Notes: a model not told the origin generated them from the sequence alone. A stretch of 64,000 nucleotides of DNA from Octopus bimaculoides (GCF_001194135.2 NC_068986.1:81706996-81770995); one strand, 5' to 3'; numbered from the stretch's first letter, positions 1 through 13,349 are shown. A program made the numbers and translations.

Positions 1-149
1 GGAAAATGAATGATGTGTGTTTCCCTCTCTCTCTTTCTCTTTCTCCCTCTGTATATGATGATGGCTGTCCACTCATGACTGAGGAAGACCATCACTGACC
101 ATTACCCATGCAAAATGTCAGCAATGCCTGTGCATGAAGTTATTGTACC

Positions 150-560
150 AGCAGTTGGCTTCATCTGAGTTTGCATTCACAACTACTTTGCTCACCACAG
201 CACCCTACTTCTCAACCAGGGACTGGATAGTTGTCTTGCTGGTGATTGCAAAGCCTAAAATGTTTAGGTGCAATAAGGCTTGCACAGAATCTCATAAATC
301 CTCTCCACTCTACTAACACGATCCAAAGACAAGCCTTATCCTGTGCCACTATGGATCACAAGCTCAAGTATGTGGAGTCGTCATGATTCCCAAGTACAAA
401 CAAAAGATTCTCAAAAGATCCCCAAAATGTTGAATGCCATTCCCTGCATATCTGGTAACTTTTTCCTAGAGACACACTTTAACAAAAACTAAGAGATGCC
501 TCACTCCCAGTGGGCTTCCAGCATGCCAGACACCAATCCAGAATTTTTAAGAGCCTGTGC
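150..560 (+). mobile_element. Possible highly degraded CR1/L2-like LINE RT C-terminal remnant
   Basis: Broken frames give TMDHKLKYVESS*FP and QKLRDASLP, loosely resembling LVRPxLEYASxVWxP and xRLxxLxLP of CR1/L2; many stops, so weak. Confidence 0.25.
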
Positions 561-619
561 TATGTATGTATGTATGTTCGTATGCACGCACATACTCACA
601 CACACACACACACACACGA

Positions 620-905
620 TTCCACCTGGTTCAGGACCTCTGTGTACTCTTCGATTTACAGTGGTTTATTGCATAGGATACAGTATAGAAGGTGAGGTAT
701 GCTGTTTTTCCTTCAGTGTCCAGTATATTCCTGTATGTGTAGAAGTTCTGGTGATAGTTGCAGTGAAGGTATTCTTCATTTACCGTTGGTAAGTTGTTGT
801 CATTGTCATAGGCTTACTTTCCATTTGGATGAATTTTCATAGCCCAAGACAATTCTCATCTAGAATTAAGACCTTCCTGGCCTGGATGACCATGTCTCAC
901 TTGCT
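620..905 (-). mobile_element. Penelope-like 3' fragment (possible GIY-YIG C-terminus plus terminal repeat); partial second copy at 2161-2281
   Basis: Minus frame KVLILDENCLGL*KFIQMES...NDNNLPTVNEEYL resembles the end of PLE endonucleases; 620-750 aligns visibly with 2161-2281. Confidence 0.35.
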
Positions 906-933
906 TGTTCTATTTGTTGGAGTTAGTTGATGC

Positions 934-936
<3 letters not shown>

Positions 937-1000
<64 letters not shown>
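937..1000. repeat. (GT)n microsatellite
   Basis: Direct reading of an uninterrupted GT run. Confidence 0.95.
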
Positions 1001-1003
<3 letters not shown>

Positions 1004-2874
1004 GTCTACTTTTATTTTTGTGCAGACTGGTCAAGGTAGTAAATTTAAAATGATGTTGTAATGACTTTGAAAGCTTCTGGTTGGAGCTTACTGAAGTGAC
1101 GTACCTTCTAATTACGTTTTGTCTTTTGTTCTGAGTATTTTTGTGTAGGTGGTTTATAGGTGTGGTTTAGTAGAGATGGGACCCCCATCTCTGTCAGTGT
1201 TGCAATATAGTGAGAATGATGAGGTGGAGCTGCTGTGGGATAAGAATGATTATGAAGAAAGTTTTTTTTTTTTTTTTTTTTGTGAGATATCAAAATCCTG
1301 TTAATTCAGCCCTAGTGAAGTGGATTTGAATTCTTGGATCACATTCCATCAGTTGTCTGTAGTCTTCCATCAAGAAACTGTATCAAATTACAGTGTGTAG
1401 GATTTCAACCTCAAGGTGGAAAATTGTCAGTAAATAGTTAATGAAACTCAGTTTTGATTTTTCACTCTGAAAGGTTAATATTGCTGGAAAAATATAAATG
1501 TTATTACTTCACAATACCTGTAATGCATTTTCTTGGTGTTGCAAAAATAAGTAATGAGTACATCTGTTTATGTGGTAGCATTCATGTTAGAGATACTCAC
1601 AAGGAAATTTGCCATTTCTAAGGACTTGGAGTAAACTCTTTGTTTCAGAGTTTAGTGTTCCCATAAATAAATGCTAAGTTTTTCTCTTATCACAGACATT
1701 GCATTGTATTTATTCAAGGTATTTCCAGTTGGATTGTATGCACTTTGTTAATATTGAGTACCATGTCTCTAACCTCAGTTATTAGCACTAAACATTTTAG
1801 GCAACAATGATACTGTCTTTATAATTTAATATGAAACGATTTTGCTCATAGAATATTATAAATTCTGTATTCTTTCTGCTTTATTTGTGCTTTAACCAAT
1901 TGTCATGGAGTTTAAACTGATAATTATCTTTAACGATGTCAACAATAACTGAGACAGCTAAAAGCTAGCATAAAGAATAACCACTTAATTCTTGTTTATT
2001 AGCTAGCTACCTTGAAAACATGTAACAGAACTAATATAAATGAAGGTTAGCTAAATATATTAGAGTACTGTTACCAATCAGTCAAATGGACAGTGCTTAA
2101 TTAAGTTGTTTTTAATTAGCTATGTTATTAGATGAATAAAAATATTTCTGTGCAGTTTTGACTGGTTCAGGACTCTGTGCACTTTGATTTACAGTGGTTT
2201 GTTGTATGGGTTACAGTGTGGAAGGTGAGATATGTTGTGTTTCCTCCAGTGTCCAATATATTCCAGTATGTATAGAAGTTTTAAATCACTTAACTTAATT
2301 TTTTCTGTCATTTTACTTACATTTGACACTGTCCATTTTAACTAAAATCATTCTGTTTTCTATTGCTTCTGTTATCTAACAAATATTGAATATTGGAATT
2401 GTTCCTTTGGTATGTCAGTCTTGGTTTTAGCTTGTTTCTTGATTATTGTAAATTCTTCAATATTCTCACCTCTCCCCACCATACTTCATATTCATCCCCA
2501 CAGGTTCTATCTCCTTACAATTATCAGACCAGATCCTTATGGCGACATCTAAATCCATTCTGTAGCTACATTATCCATTGATTAAAACCTTGGAGTACTG
2601 CGGCTTTAAGTGCATGAATAATCTGATAATTGATGTTAAAATGCTACAAGTTTTGTGTATGAAGCTACTTGTATATAAGTACTTACACACACACACACAC
2701 ACACATATATTTCATTGTTTTGAGTTATAAGAAGAGGACATTCCTTTAACTCGAGGAGATAAAGAAGAACAACAGGTTATATTTTGCTTTCCTACTATTT
2801 TACACTTTCCCTTTCATTGTTCAACATACATCAAATCTCCATGGTTATATCTCCTGGGCGCCATTTCAACATTC

Positions 2875-3110
2875 TTCATCATTTCATGTCTACTTTTCCA
2901 TGTTTGCATGAATCAGAAAGAATTTTGTTGAGGGAGATTTTTTTAGGCCAGATTCTTTTCCTGTTGCCAACCCTCACCTGTTTCAAGGTAGGATGATATT
3001 TCCACATGGCCAGAAGGGCTGTTTTTCATTAAAGATCGTAAATGAGCATCACCGCTTGTATGATGGTGATACTCATTTGCATCACCACATGATGTCAAGG
3101 AAAGGATACA
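2875..3110 (-). mobile_element. Interspersed repeat sharing the RTE-type 3' tail (related copies at ~16340-16560 +, ~23905-24110 -)
   Basis: Shared motifs tgttgccaaccctcacctgtttc / gaaaatctgcctcaa / catgcaagcatggaaaa next to a (GAT)n-like end. Confidence 0.6.
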
Positions 3111-3656
3111 CATGCACACGCACATATACAATGGGTTTCTTTCAGTTTCCAATCTACCAAATCCATGCACAAGGCTTTTGTAAGAAGACATTTGCTCAGA
3201 GTGCTGAGCAGTGGGACTGAACCTGAGACTACATGGTTGAGAAGCAACCATCTCAAATTTTGAATCAAATTTTAAATGTTAAATCATTGTAGTAGCCCAA
3301 TGATTTAACATACCTCACTCTGACTTTCAACTCTTTTTACCACATGATATTAACATACCTCATCTCTAACTATTTCTACCCAATAATACCCTGGTATCAT
3401 GATGTTTCCCATTTTCAAACAACCACATGGTACTCTTTAATGCAGTTCACCTCCAGCTATTTCTATGACATGATCCTCAAGTATTGTTTTCTGTTTTAGT
3501 GTCTATTTTAATACTACATTGATATATGAAGCTGCTCATTATAGGAGTTAACTACAGGAAACTAGATATTGCTCAGAAATTGAATTACTCTGAAATTGAA
3601 CCTGTTTTATTAGGCATAAGGTGATTTGTTGAGCCAACTTTGAGCTAGATGTTTAA

Positions 3657-4036
3657 CCCTTTAGCACTCAGACTACTAAATGTAATGCTTATTTATTTAC
3701 ATACTTTTATGATATTCTTTATTCTTCTGCAGGCTACTTCAAAGATAAGTGACAATAATCTCCTCTTCATGGCTGAAAAACAGGTAAAATATTTGGGCTA
3801 GATGTGGCTGGTTTAACCATTTAGTGTTTAATCTGGCCATGTTCGGCCCAAATATTCTACCAGTTTTAATGTTGAAGCTGACAAGGTCCAAACTTTCACA
3901 CACCCTACAATGCCATTCTAAAACTATACAAACACACCTTTGAAATCTTGAAGTTACAAGATAATGCATGATTAATTCAAAACAATGTGAATAAATTGAG
4001 CAATACATTTGACAAAGAAATCTGAATGCTAAAGGG
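3657..4036. mobile_element. Two copies of a ~220-bp TTAA-flanked (piggyBac-type) MITE in opposite orientation
   Basis: Termini ttaa-ccctttagca ... tgctaaaggg-ttaa; 3657-3814 is the reverse complement of the body seen at 3817-4036. Confidence 0.7.
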
Positions 4037-4441
4037 TTAAAACTGGACATTTTGACAATTTAGCTAACTTCTGTGGTTATGCAGCAAGGAAGTAACATTC
4101 TCTTGTTGTAAAAACTGATTCTTCCATGTGTTTATTTATATGAATACATGTGAAGAGTTGACTAGTCAGTGTACGTTATCCACTGTAGTTAAACTGTGAC
4201 TTGTTACAATCTAGAATTAAGAATATGGTCAACTTGACAGGTTTCATTCACTGTTTATTTTTGTTGCAATGATTTGCTCCAGTGATATCCTTTGCATGTA
4301 GAAATTCAAGCAGTTTCAGCCTGTCTTAACACACCAAATACTCAGTTGAGAGTGAAATGTTAATGGCATTTTTGCTTTTAATAACATTGTTGTAAGGTAA
4401 GGTTCATATATAACTCAGGGAAAAATAAACAACCTGCTAGG

Positions 4442-4502
<61 letters not shown>

Positions 4503-4527
4503 GTCTCTCTCTGTCTCTCTCTCTCTC
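4442..4527. repeat. (CT)n/(CTCTCTGT)n microsatellite
   Basis: Direct reading. Confidence 0.9.
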
Positions 4528-4919
4528 ATATGTATGTGTGAATTATTATTTTCAAATTGCTGTAATTAAAGCCATTAATTTCTTTGCCTCCTTAATAGAA
4601 TGTTAAATAATTTTTTCAGTTTGGTAGTTTGTTGCTCTTTGATGAAAAAGAATGATTGATTACAACAAATGAATGAGGTAGCTGTTAATTACAAGATTAT
4701 CACTGCAAATAATCATTAAAAGAACTATAGCATGACTATGGAAAAAGGTAGACTGAATGGAAATATGATAAAAACCGAAGTTGTCTAAGAGGTTTTATTG
4801 ATGACTGATTACATCAAATAATAATACTTTGGAAATTATTAGTAACTTTTGTCTGTTTGTGAGATTCCTGAAATGTTTCAGAAGCTTGAAAGCATTTCTC
4901 TTGCATACATACATAATAC

Positions 4920-4950
<31 letters not shown>

Positions 4951-5587
4951 GACATCATCATCATCATTTAACATCTGCCTTCCATGCTGGCATGGGTGTG
5001 ACGGTATACACACACACATGCATGCATGCTGAAGGTCCTAGCTTTTTTAGATTGTCATTTAGAGATTTACTTAACATGACCAAATACACCGATGCTTATT
5101 GATATAGATAAGAATTTATATTCTAGGTAAAGGAGCTGTAGATTTTGAAGTAGTTGTCCAGAAATATTCTCTTTTGTTTTTGATCAATTATGTATGTACA
5201 CATATGTATGCATGTTTTTTTGTATGCATACATGGTGAGCAAAAAGAATATTTATGGACAACTGCTTCCAAACCAGCAACTCCATTACCTTGGTTTTAAA
5301 TTTGCATTTATACCAACAGTCATTGATTATGTTAGTAAATGTCCAAATGACAATCAGGAAAGGCTAGAATTTGGGGACAAAGAAAGAGACTGGTTGACAT
5401 GCATTTTACATCTACAATTTGCAAGTGGAATGGTAAAGATATGGAAATTTTTTTCTAAATTCAACATTTAACAACTATCATTGCTGTTATCCAAATTCCA
5501 GTGATGGAGCTTTGTTACTTTGTTAGAAACTAACTCAACTCCTTTAAGGAAGAACACTAGTAAATATAAAAATAAAATCATAAGATA

Positions 5588-5743
5588 CAAGTGTGGCTGT
5601 GTGGTAATGAGCTTGCTTCCCAACCACATGGTTCTGGGTTCAGCCCCACTGTGGTACCTTGCGCAAGTGTCTTCTGCTATAGCCTCAGGCTGACCAAAGT
5701 CTTGTGAGTGGATTTGATTGACAGAGACTGAAAGAAGCCTGTC

Positions 5744-5781
<38 letters not shown>

Positions 5782-6000
5782 TCATGTGTGTGTCTGTGTT
5801 TGTCCCATCGCCATTGCTTGACAACCAATGCTGGTGTGTTTATGTCCCCATAATTTGGCAGTTCAACATAAGAGACCAATAGAATAAGTACTAGGTTTAC
5901 AAAGACTAAATCCTGGGGTCGATTTCTGTGACTAAAACCAGTTAAGACGTTGTTTCAACATGGCCACATTCAAATGACTGAAACAAGTAAAAGCAAAAGA
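5588..6000 (+). mobile_element. tRNA-derived SINE family A (~400 bp, internal GT microsatellite), near full length
   Basis: Head gtggctgtgtggtaa...ggttcagccccactg (A/B-box-like), body gtgtcttctgctatagcc...gaaactgaaagaagcc, tail catggccacattcaaatgactgaaacaagtaaaa; at least ten copies in the window. Confidence 0.85.
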
Positions 6001-6839
6001 ATACATATAATACAAAATCAGTTGCAATGAACTATTAATGTTGTGTTTACTATATCTCAATGCAATTTTAATTGTTAGTGAGAAAGGAATGTTGATCTAT
6101 CCATTAATTATTGTGTACGTTTGCGTCATAGATTGTATTGACTGACATACAAATGTGGGAACATACATCAAAAGACTTAAAATAGTTATATTTCATGAAT
6201 AATTACAAATTTCAGCTTATTTTAGGTGTGTGTGTGTGTAGCGGATGTGTGTGGTGTTTAACTGAATTAAAGTTTTAGACAAATTGAAAAGCTACTTATT
6301 TGTGGCTTCATGTTATGTATTTAGTTTCATATCACTTCAATATTTTTTCTGCAAGTGTATATCTGCTGATTCCAGCTTTCATTATTGAGTTAACCTTCAA
6401 TATGGTAGGTATCTTCCATTTAGATTTTTCTCTATTTTCATCTAAATCCACTCAAAATACTACAGTTTTTTTTAGTTTTTATTTATAATCAATTTGTAAC
6501 AGAAAAATGCACTATGATCACGAGATTAATGTGATGGGCTGCTGACTACAGTCATAAGTTCAAACTGCAACTGTCGTGTTGTGTTCCCCTCAGCAACACA
6601 TTTAATACTGCTTGTCTTAGTTTATGCTATATGCCAGTTCTTCGCAACCTGTTTTCACTTGCAATACACTTATATTCTTTTCAAAATTCAGCTGCTCATT
6701 TGAACTAAAACTATAACTAAAGGTCTAGGGAGAAAAAAAAAATCATATTCAGGTTACACAGTGGCACACCTAGCATCGTCTTGTGGAAAAACCAGTGTGC
6801 CATGGCATACTAATTGTGAAGCACTATTGTATGGGGTTG

Positions 6840-6878
6840 CCACCACCACCACCACCACCACTACTACTACTACTGCTG

Positions 6879-6921
<43 letters not shown>
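6840..6921. repeat. (ACC)n/(ACT)n trinucleotide microsatellite (source of the poly-Thr ORF 6761-7006)
   Basis: Direct reading. Confidence 0.9.
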
Positions 6922-6923
<2 letters not shown>

Positions 6924-7831
6924 ATGAGTACTTAGCAATAGGAAGGGCACTTGCTTGTAAAAACTTGTTACAACATTATGAATGCTTCTGGGTTAGTATG
7001 ACATGATTAGGTGTGAAACTGAAATAGAATATGTCTCGTGAAAGAGATATGACTGTGTGTATGTGCATGTGTGTGAATCTAGTAGAGTTCTGTGCAGTCA
7101 CTAAGAAGATGTCTTACCATTAATATGTGTAGAAGTGCATGTATGTGACTGGTAAGCTAGTTCAAACTGTATTATATCTATATTTTTCTATTAAATTATC
7201 AAACTAATTAAATAAAATCATCATAAATCTATTTCAAAAGCAATGCAAGAAGTATCATTCTATGAGAGACTAATTAAAGATATAATTACAGTGCCAATCT
7301 AATGAATCCTTAGCATAGAAGATTAAAAGTTAATAATTGCGTAATTTCTGTCACTGCAAAAACAACTATTCCGTTTTCTGTTACTGATTTTTGATTAACC
7401 CAAACCAGATTACCTGTATTTTATTACATCATCTTGACCAAAACAGGATTACAGGTGAATTAACCCTGCTTGTGTATTATATTGGGTCCAGCTTTTATTG
7501 CATTATCTTGATTGAAACGAGGTTACTGGTGTGTTTAACCCTGCATGTGCATAATATTGGAGCCAACTTTTATTAGGTTACATTTTTGAACTATCAAAAA
7601 TTCATTTTCTTTTTGTGCTAGCATGGGTTGAATAAATCTTTAATGCCAATGTTTTACTAGATCTGTGCTCTTAAAGTTTCTTGTATAAGGTCTGGATTTG
7701 GTTTTTATAACATTTATTGAAGTTCATAGAGGATTATGGAAATGGTAAGAAATGTCTTTAAATAACATGCAAATTAGATTTTCTTTCAATTTCCATTATC
7801 CTTTTGGAGTATCCTTACGCTACATGAACAA

Positions 7832-8049
7832 TTTAGCATTTAAACTGACCATATCTGGCCAATGTATTCTACTTGTTTTATGTTTAAATAGACCAGATCT
7901 GGCTTCCCACACCTAGCCTACAATGTCATTCTAAAAAATAAGCGATCACGTCATCGAAATCTCAAAGCTACCAGATATTGCATGATTAATTCAAAATAAT
8001 GTGAATAAATAAGCAGTACATTTGACTGAGTAATGTGAATGCTAAAGAA
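7832..8049 (+). mobile_element. piggyBac-type MITE copy (same family as 3817-4036)
   Basis: tttagcatttaaactgacc...gtaatgtgaatgctaaag followed by ttaa. Confidence 0.7.
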
Positions 8050-8517
8050 TTAAAGCAAAAATTATATTTGCCTGTGTGGCCCTTTTGGAAGTTAGTGACA
8101 ACAAATTAACTGTTGGCTCTGCAGGTTTAATGTCACTTACATGTTAAAATATGCATACATACAAGTGTCTATAAATACATATGTAAATAAATATATTGGC
8201 CTGGGACTGTAATAGAACATGAGATAATCATGGCTGGAATGCTTTTGATCATTAGTCTGCTTCATCGGGAATGAGAAACATAAGCTAATAAGGGAACAAG
8301 CCACTTGCTTGAACTGCTAAAAATAACAACCGAATTTCCTATAAATCACACCCTACTATTTTAGAATGTAAAGGCTACATTGAATAATGCAGTCCCAAAT
8401 AAAAGATGGTATGGTCACTTGGGGTTAAAAAACAACAACATACTGTGAGAGTTCCAGGTTCAATCTTTCAAAGCAGCAACTTCTATGATTGTTCTCCTCA
8501 TATATTACTATATATAT

Positions 8518-8519
<2 letters not shown>

Positions 8520-8552
<33 letters not shown>

Positions 8553-10265
8553 TTAACGTCTGTTGTCCATGCTGGCATGGAGTAGATGGTTTGACTGGGC
8601 TGGCAAGCTAGAAAGCTACACCAGACTCTTGTCTTATTTGGCATGGTTTTCTACAGCTGGATGCCCTTCCTTACACCAACCACTTCAAGAGTGTAATGGG
8701 TGCTTTTACATGTCATTTGTGTGACACTGGGGTGCATTTACATACCACTGGCACAGGCGCCAATTTGTGTGTTACTGATATCTGCCATGACTGCAATTTT
8801 GCTCAACTTGATAGGGCTTCTTCTCAAGAATGACATAATGCCAAAGGTCTTGGTCATTGCCTCCGTGAGGTCCAACACTCGAAAGGAACTCTGCCACTTT
8901 ACCCCCATGAGGCCTAATGCTCGAAAGAAACTCAGCCACTTTGCCTCTGTGAGGCCCAATGCTCAAAAGGAACTCAGTCACTTTGCCTCTGTGAGGCTCA
9001 AAGTTTGAAGTTCATGCTTCACCACCTCATCCCATGTTTTCCTGAGTCTACCTCTACCACAGGTTCCCTCCACAGTTAGAGATCAGCACTTCTTTACACT
9101 GCTGTCCTCCTCCATATGCATCACATGACCATACCAGCACAGTCATCTCTCTTGTACACCACGTCCGAGTCAACTTATGTCTAACTTTTCTCTCAAGATG
9201 CTTACACACTGTCAAAAATGCACACTGACATTGCACATCCAGTGAAACATACTTGCTTCATTTCTTACAAGCCTATGCTATGACAGTCCTTGGCTGTCAT
9301 AGCTCATGTTTCACTGTTATGCAGCATAGCTGTTCACACATAGGCATCAAACAATCTGCCTTTCACTCTGATAGAGAGGCTCTTTCTTGCCAGCAAGGGT
9401 AGGAGCTCTCTGAACTTTGCCCAGCCTAACCTTATTCTCATATCTACACTCTCAGAGCATCCACCTCCACTACTAACTTGGTCACTTGGATAACGGAAGC
9501 TACCTGCTATCTCTAGCTTCTCCCTGTGGCAGTTGATAGAGGCTATTTTCTGCACATTATCAGCATTTATTGTACCTGTGCATCTTCCACATACAAAAGC
9601 TAGTTTCCCTATTAACCTTCCTCTGATGTTGCTGCACCTAAGCTTACATTGGGTGCACCTTATGGAGTTTCTACCCACACCATTTCTACAGATCAAGCAG
9701 GGCCATTTGCCTGAAGGGATTTGTGATTTGCCTGCCTTCCTACTTACTAAGACTTTGGTTTTTGGTATGTTAACTCTAAAGCTCTTTGATTCTAGACCTT
9801 GCTTCCATACTTGGAACTTCTTCTCTAGTTCAGGTAGTGATTCAGCTATAAGAGCAAGGTCATCAGCATAGAGTAGCTCCCAGGGGCAGCCTGTCTTCTT
9901 GAATTCCTCTGTTATTGCCTGGAGGACTATCATGAATAAGAGGGACTGAGCACTGATCCTTGGTGAACCTCTACTTCTACCCTGAATTCTTTGCTGTACC
10001 CTCACCCTACCGGTAGCTTCCCTGTACATAGCTTGTACAGCTCTCATCAGCCACTCATCTATCCCTAGTTTCTGCACTGACCACCAGGTAAGAGAATGGG
10101 GGATCCTATCAAAAACTTTCTCCAAGTCAACAAAAGCCAAGTGCAGAAGTTTATCATTAGCTATGTATTTCTCATGTAGTTACCTTACCAGAAATATAGC
10201 TTCAGTGGTGCTTCTCCCTGGCACAAAACCAAACTGCATCTCATCTAGACTATCTCTCTAATTAG
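8520..10265 (-). mobile_element. 5'-truncated, frameshifted RTE-clade LINE (RT domain, Cys-rich insert, C-terminus, 3' UTR, (GAT)n tail)
   Basis: Minus frames: DEMQFGFVPGRSTTEAIF, AFVDLEKVFD, WELLYADDLAL, KTKVLV, RLGWAKFRELLPLL, GRGRLRKTWDEVV; one in-frame stop and frameshifts; ends in gacgttaaa(tga)n. Confidence 0.92.
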
Positions 10266-10289
10266 TTGGTCTATGACTCTCTCTGTAAC

Positions 10290-10336
<47 letters not shown>

Positions 10337-10576
10337 TACACACACATATATATATACATACACATATGTATATACATGTATATATAGAGAGGTAATTATG
10401 CTGATAAACAAATTGGGTATATCAATTATATTAAATGTATTTAAGATAATTAATGTACCTAATTTGTTTACCATCATAATTGCCTTTATATCCACTCAAC
10501 TTGATCTCCCTCCTATAGCCAATTTTTATCTTGTGGGATTGATCTATACTGAAAATCTTTGGATCTCATCTTTGTA

Positions 10577-10619
<43 letters not shown>

Positions 10620-11696
10620 CACTATACATTATTATGTGTTTACAGACAAACACACTCTTGATAAAGGAAGAATACATGGTATACAAAAAAAAAAATATTA
10701 GTCTTAGCTGAAAGACTTTCATTATATGTTTGTTCCATTGGGCTACAAATGTTTCCTACCAACAGGAAATCTACTGCATCAATGTTTTACAACCCTCTTA
10801 CTGTCATTTACTCTGGAGCTTAATGCATTTTATGATTCAATCTTTCACCCACATGCAAAAATGTACATGAAAGAATCACTTCGTTTAAAAGCCCTGCCAT
10901 TTCCAAAATGCTATCTTTAAGATAGTATGCTAGTAGTAGACATTGTAATATAACAAGATTGTACATTGCATCTTGAAATCTATAGTTTTTTGTTATATGG
11001 CTTCGAATATATCAGCATTGCTTTTCTGTGATAATCACTATTGATAATGTTTTAGTAGAAGAAGCATAGTATTTTAATTTCACAGTCTGTGTTGTTTTAC
11101 TCATATCAATAACAAAATGGCCATTAAAACAACTGTGAAGATAATGATATCTTTGAAAAAAATAACTTCTTGTAAACAGAATATTTCAATTGTGACAAAA
11201 GACAATGTAATCTTGGAGTGAAATCAAAGTGATGTTTCTAATAAATTTTGTAAAATCATCTTCATCATCTTAAAAAATGTTTGTAGTTGAACACATTCAA
11301 GGTGACAGGTTAATACTGTTGTTTAAGAAAAATTATTAAGATATAGGATTAGATGAGTTTTGATGATAGATTCAGTGGAATCAATGATTTCCTTTAACTG
11401 GAAACAGGAAATTGGAAAAGAGAAGAGTAACAGAACCATGATTTGTTTATTACCATAAATTCCATCACAGAGTTGTCTCGTTTAACCTGTACGAATAACA
11501 GAAATACATGCAGTGAAACATAATCATGGAAGTTCTAAAGAGACAAGATGAAGTATGGTAATATGGCACTAGGTTCATTTGCTGTAAATTAGAAGACAAT
11601 GCCAATAGAATCCTCTGCCTTTTGTTGCTAGTTTCTGATTTTAAGAATCTCAAAATTAAATGCTACTAATAAGTTTTCTTCAAAGAAATTTATATT

Positions 11697-12343
11697 TTTG
11701 TTACCCTGTGCACATAAGTGAAAGCAGGGTATTGTAATCTTTCATCTTTGTCTATGTGTTTGCAAAATTACTGGAAAATGGCTGAACAGATTTTCACCAC
11801 ATTTGGCAGAAATACTCATTGGGTGAGTTGCTCAAAATGATGAATATTTAGTTTGCTCATCTTTAAAAAAAAAAAATTGTTTTTTTAACTGAACTTAAAA
11901 ATTTCCCAATATGCAAGTGGTCATATTATTTTGTTCACTTTCTTCATATGAATCAACCCTCATTTGCATATGTATAGATCATGGTGTACCTATGCATGTA
12001 GACATGTGAGTACATACCTAGATCTGTAACTGTATGTGTGTACGTGTGTACGTACAGTGATGAATTTGAGGGTTTCATTTATTTACAACTTGATTTCTTA
12101 ATTTTACCAGAGAATAAATACCTATAATGGTGATTCCTATGAAAAAAATTAAATAAAAAGATCAAAAGAAAATCGAAATTACAAATTTCTCAATAAGCAA
12201 ATGGTCATATTTTGTTCACTTTCTTTTTCACATGAATTGACCTTCATCTGCGTGTGTATAGATTATGGTGTACCTATGCATGTAGACATGTGGGTACATA
12301 CATGAATACATAGATATGCAACTCTGTTGTGTATGTGTGTGTG

Positions 12344-12388
<45 letters not shown>

Positions 12389-12560
12389 ACTGATGGATTT
12401 GAGGGGTTTGTTTATTTACGAATTGATTACTTAATTTCACCTGTGTATAAATACCTGTAATGGTGATACTTAAAAAAAAAAAATTAATTCAGTTCAGTTA
12501 AAATGTATGGGTAAGTAATGCATTGTAAGCCACACTATAATTTGTGAAAAAATTTATCTG
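11697..12560 (+). mobile_element. Helentron-associated (DINE-1/HINE-like) non-autonomous element
   Basis: T-rich start, short inverted repeat taccctg...cagggta, then tgtctatgtgtttgcaaaattactggaaaatggctgaacagattttcaccacatttgg, the characteristic HINE 5' layout; 3' boundary uncertain. Confidence 0.5.
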
Positions 12561-12599
12561 CATGCAGGCTAGGCATCACCCCTCCAATGCCTTTTTTTC

Positions 12600-12810
12600 T
12601 CATTTAATATTGGTTTTAAATTTAGACACAATGCCAGCAAGTTCAGGTTTGGGGTTTGTAAATTACATCAACCCCAATGCTCAACTATTACTTATTTTAT
12701 CGACCTTGAGAGGATGAAAGGCAAAGTTGCCCTTGGCAGATTTTGAACCCACTGTGTAAAGACAGACAAAATGCCATTAAACATTTTGTCCAGCATGCTA
12801 ACGGTTCTGC
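12600..12810 (-). mobile_element. tRNA-derived SINE family B
   Basis: Reverse complement of the 49005-49220 element (gctggcagaaccgttagcatgc, aactttgcctttcatcc). Confidence 0.8.
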
Positions 12811-13129
12811 CAGCTGCCTTAAATTTTTAAAATTAATATTGGCACATTCATCTAGTTTCTTTGGCACTTTCAAGTCAGGCAACTTGCTGACTCTATTTGA
12901 CTCCATATCTACACAAGTTCACCTCCATGCAGCTGTTCACCTCCACCCATTGTAAGCATTCATAGAAACAAAAAAAGTCATTTGCTTTCTTTATAAACTG
13001 TTTTACTAAGATTCGTGGGATCTGTTCTAATTAACAAGTTGTTCTTGAATGATTACAATGGACTCTCTTGCTGGAAATTATTTTGAGTAAAAATTGACGT
13101 TTATATTAGCTTGAGATAGTGTCTGTGTG

Positions 13130-13144
13130 TGTGTGTGGGTGTGC

Positions 13145-13238
<94 letters not shown>

Positions 13239-13259
13239 GTATATACATACATATGTATG

Positions 13260-13309
<50 letters not shown>

Positions 13310-13318
13310 AGTATATAC

Positions 13319-13349
<31 letters not shown>

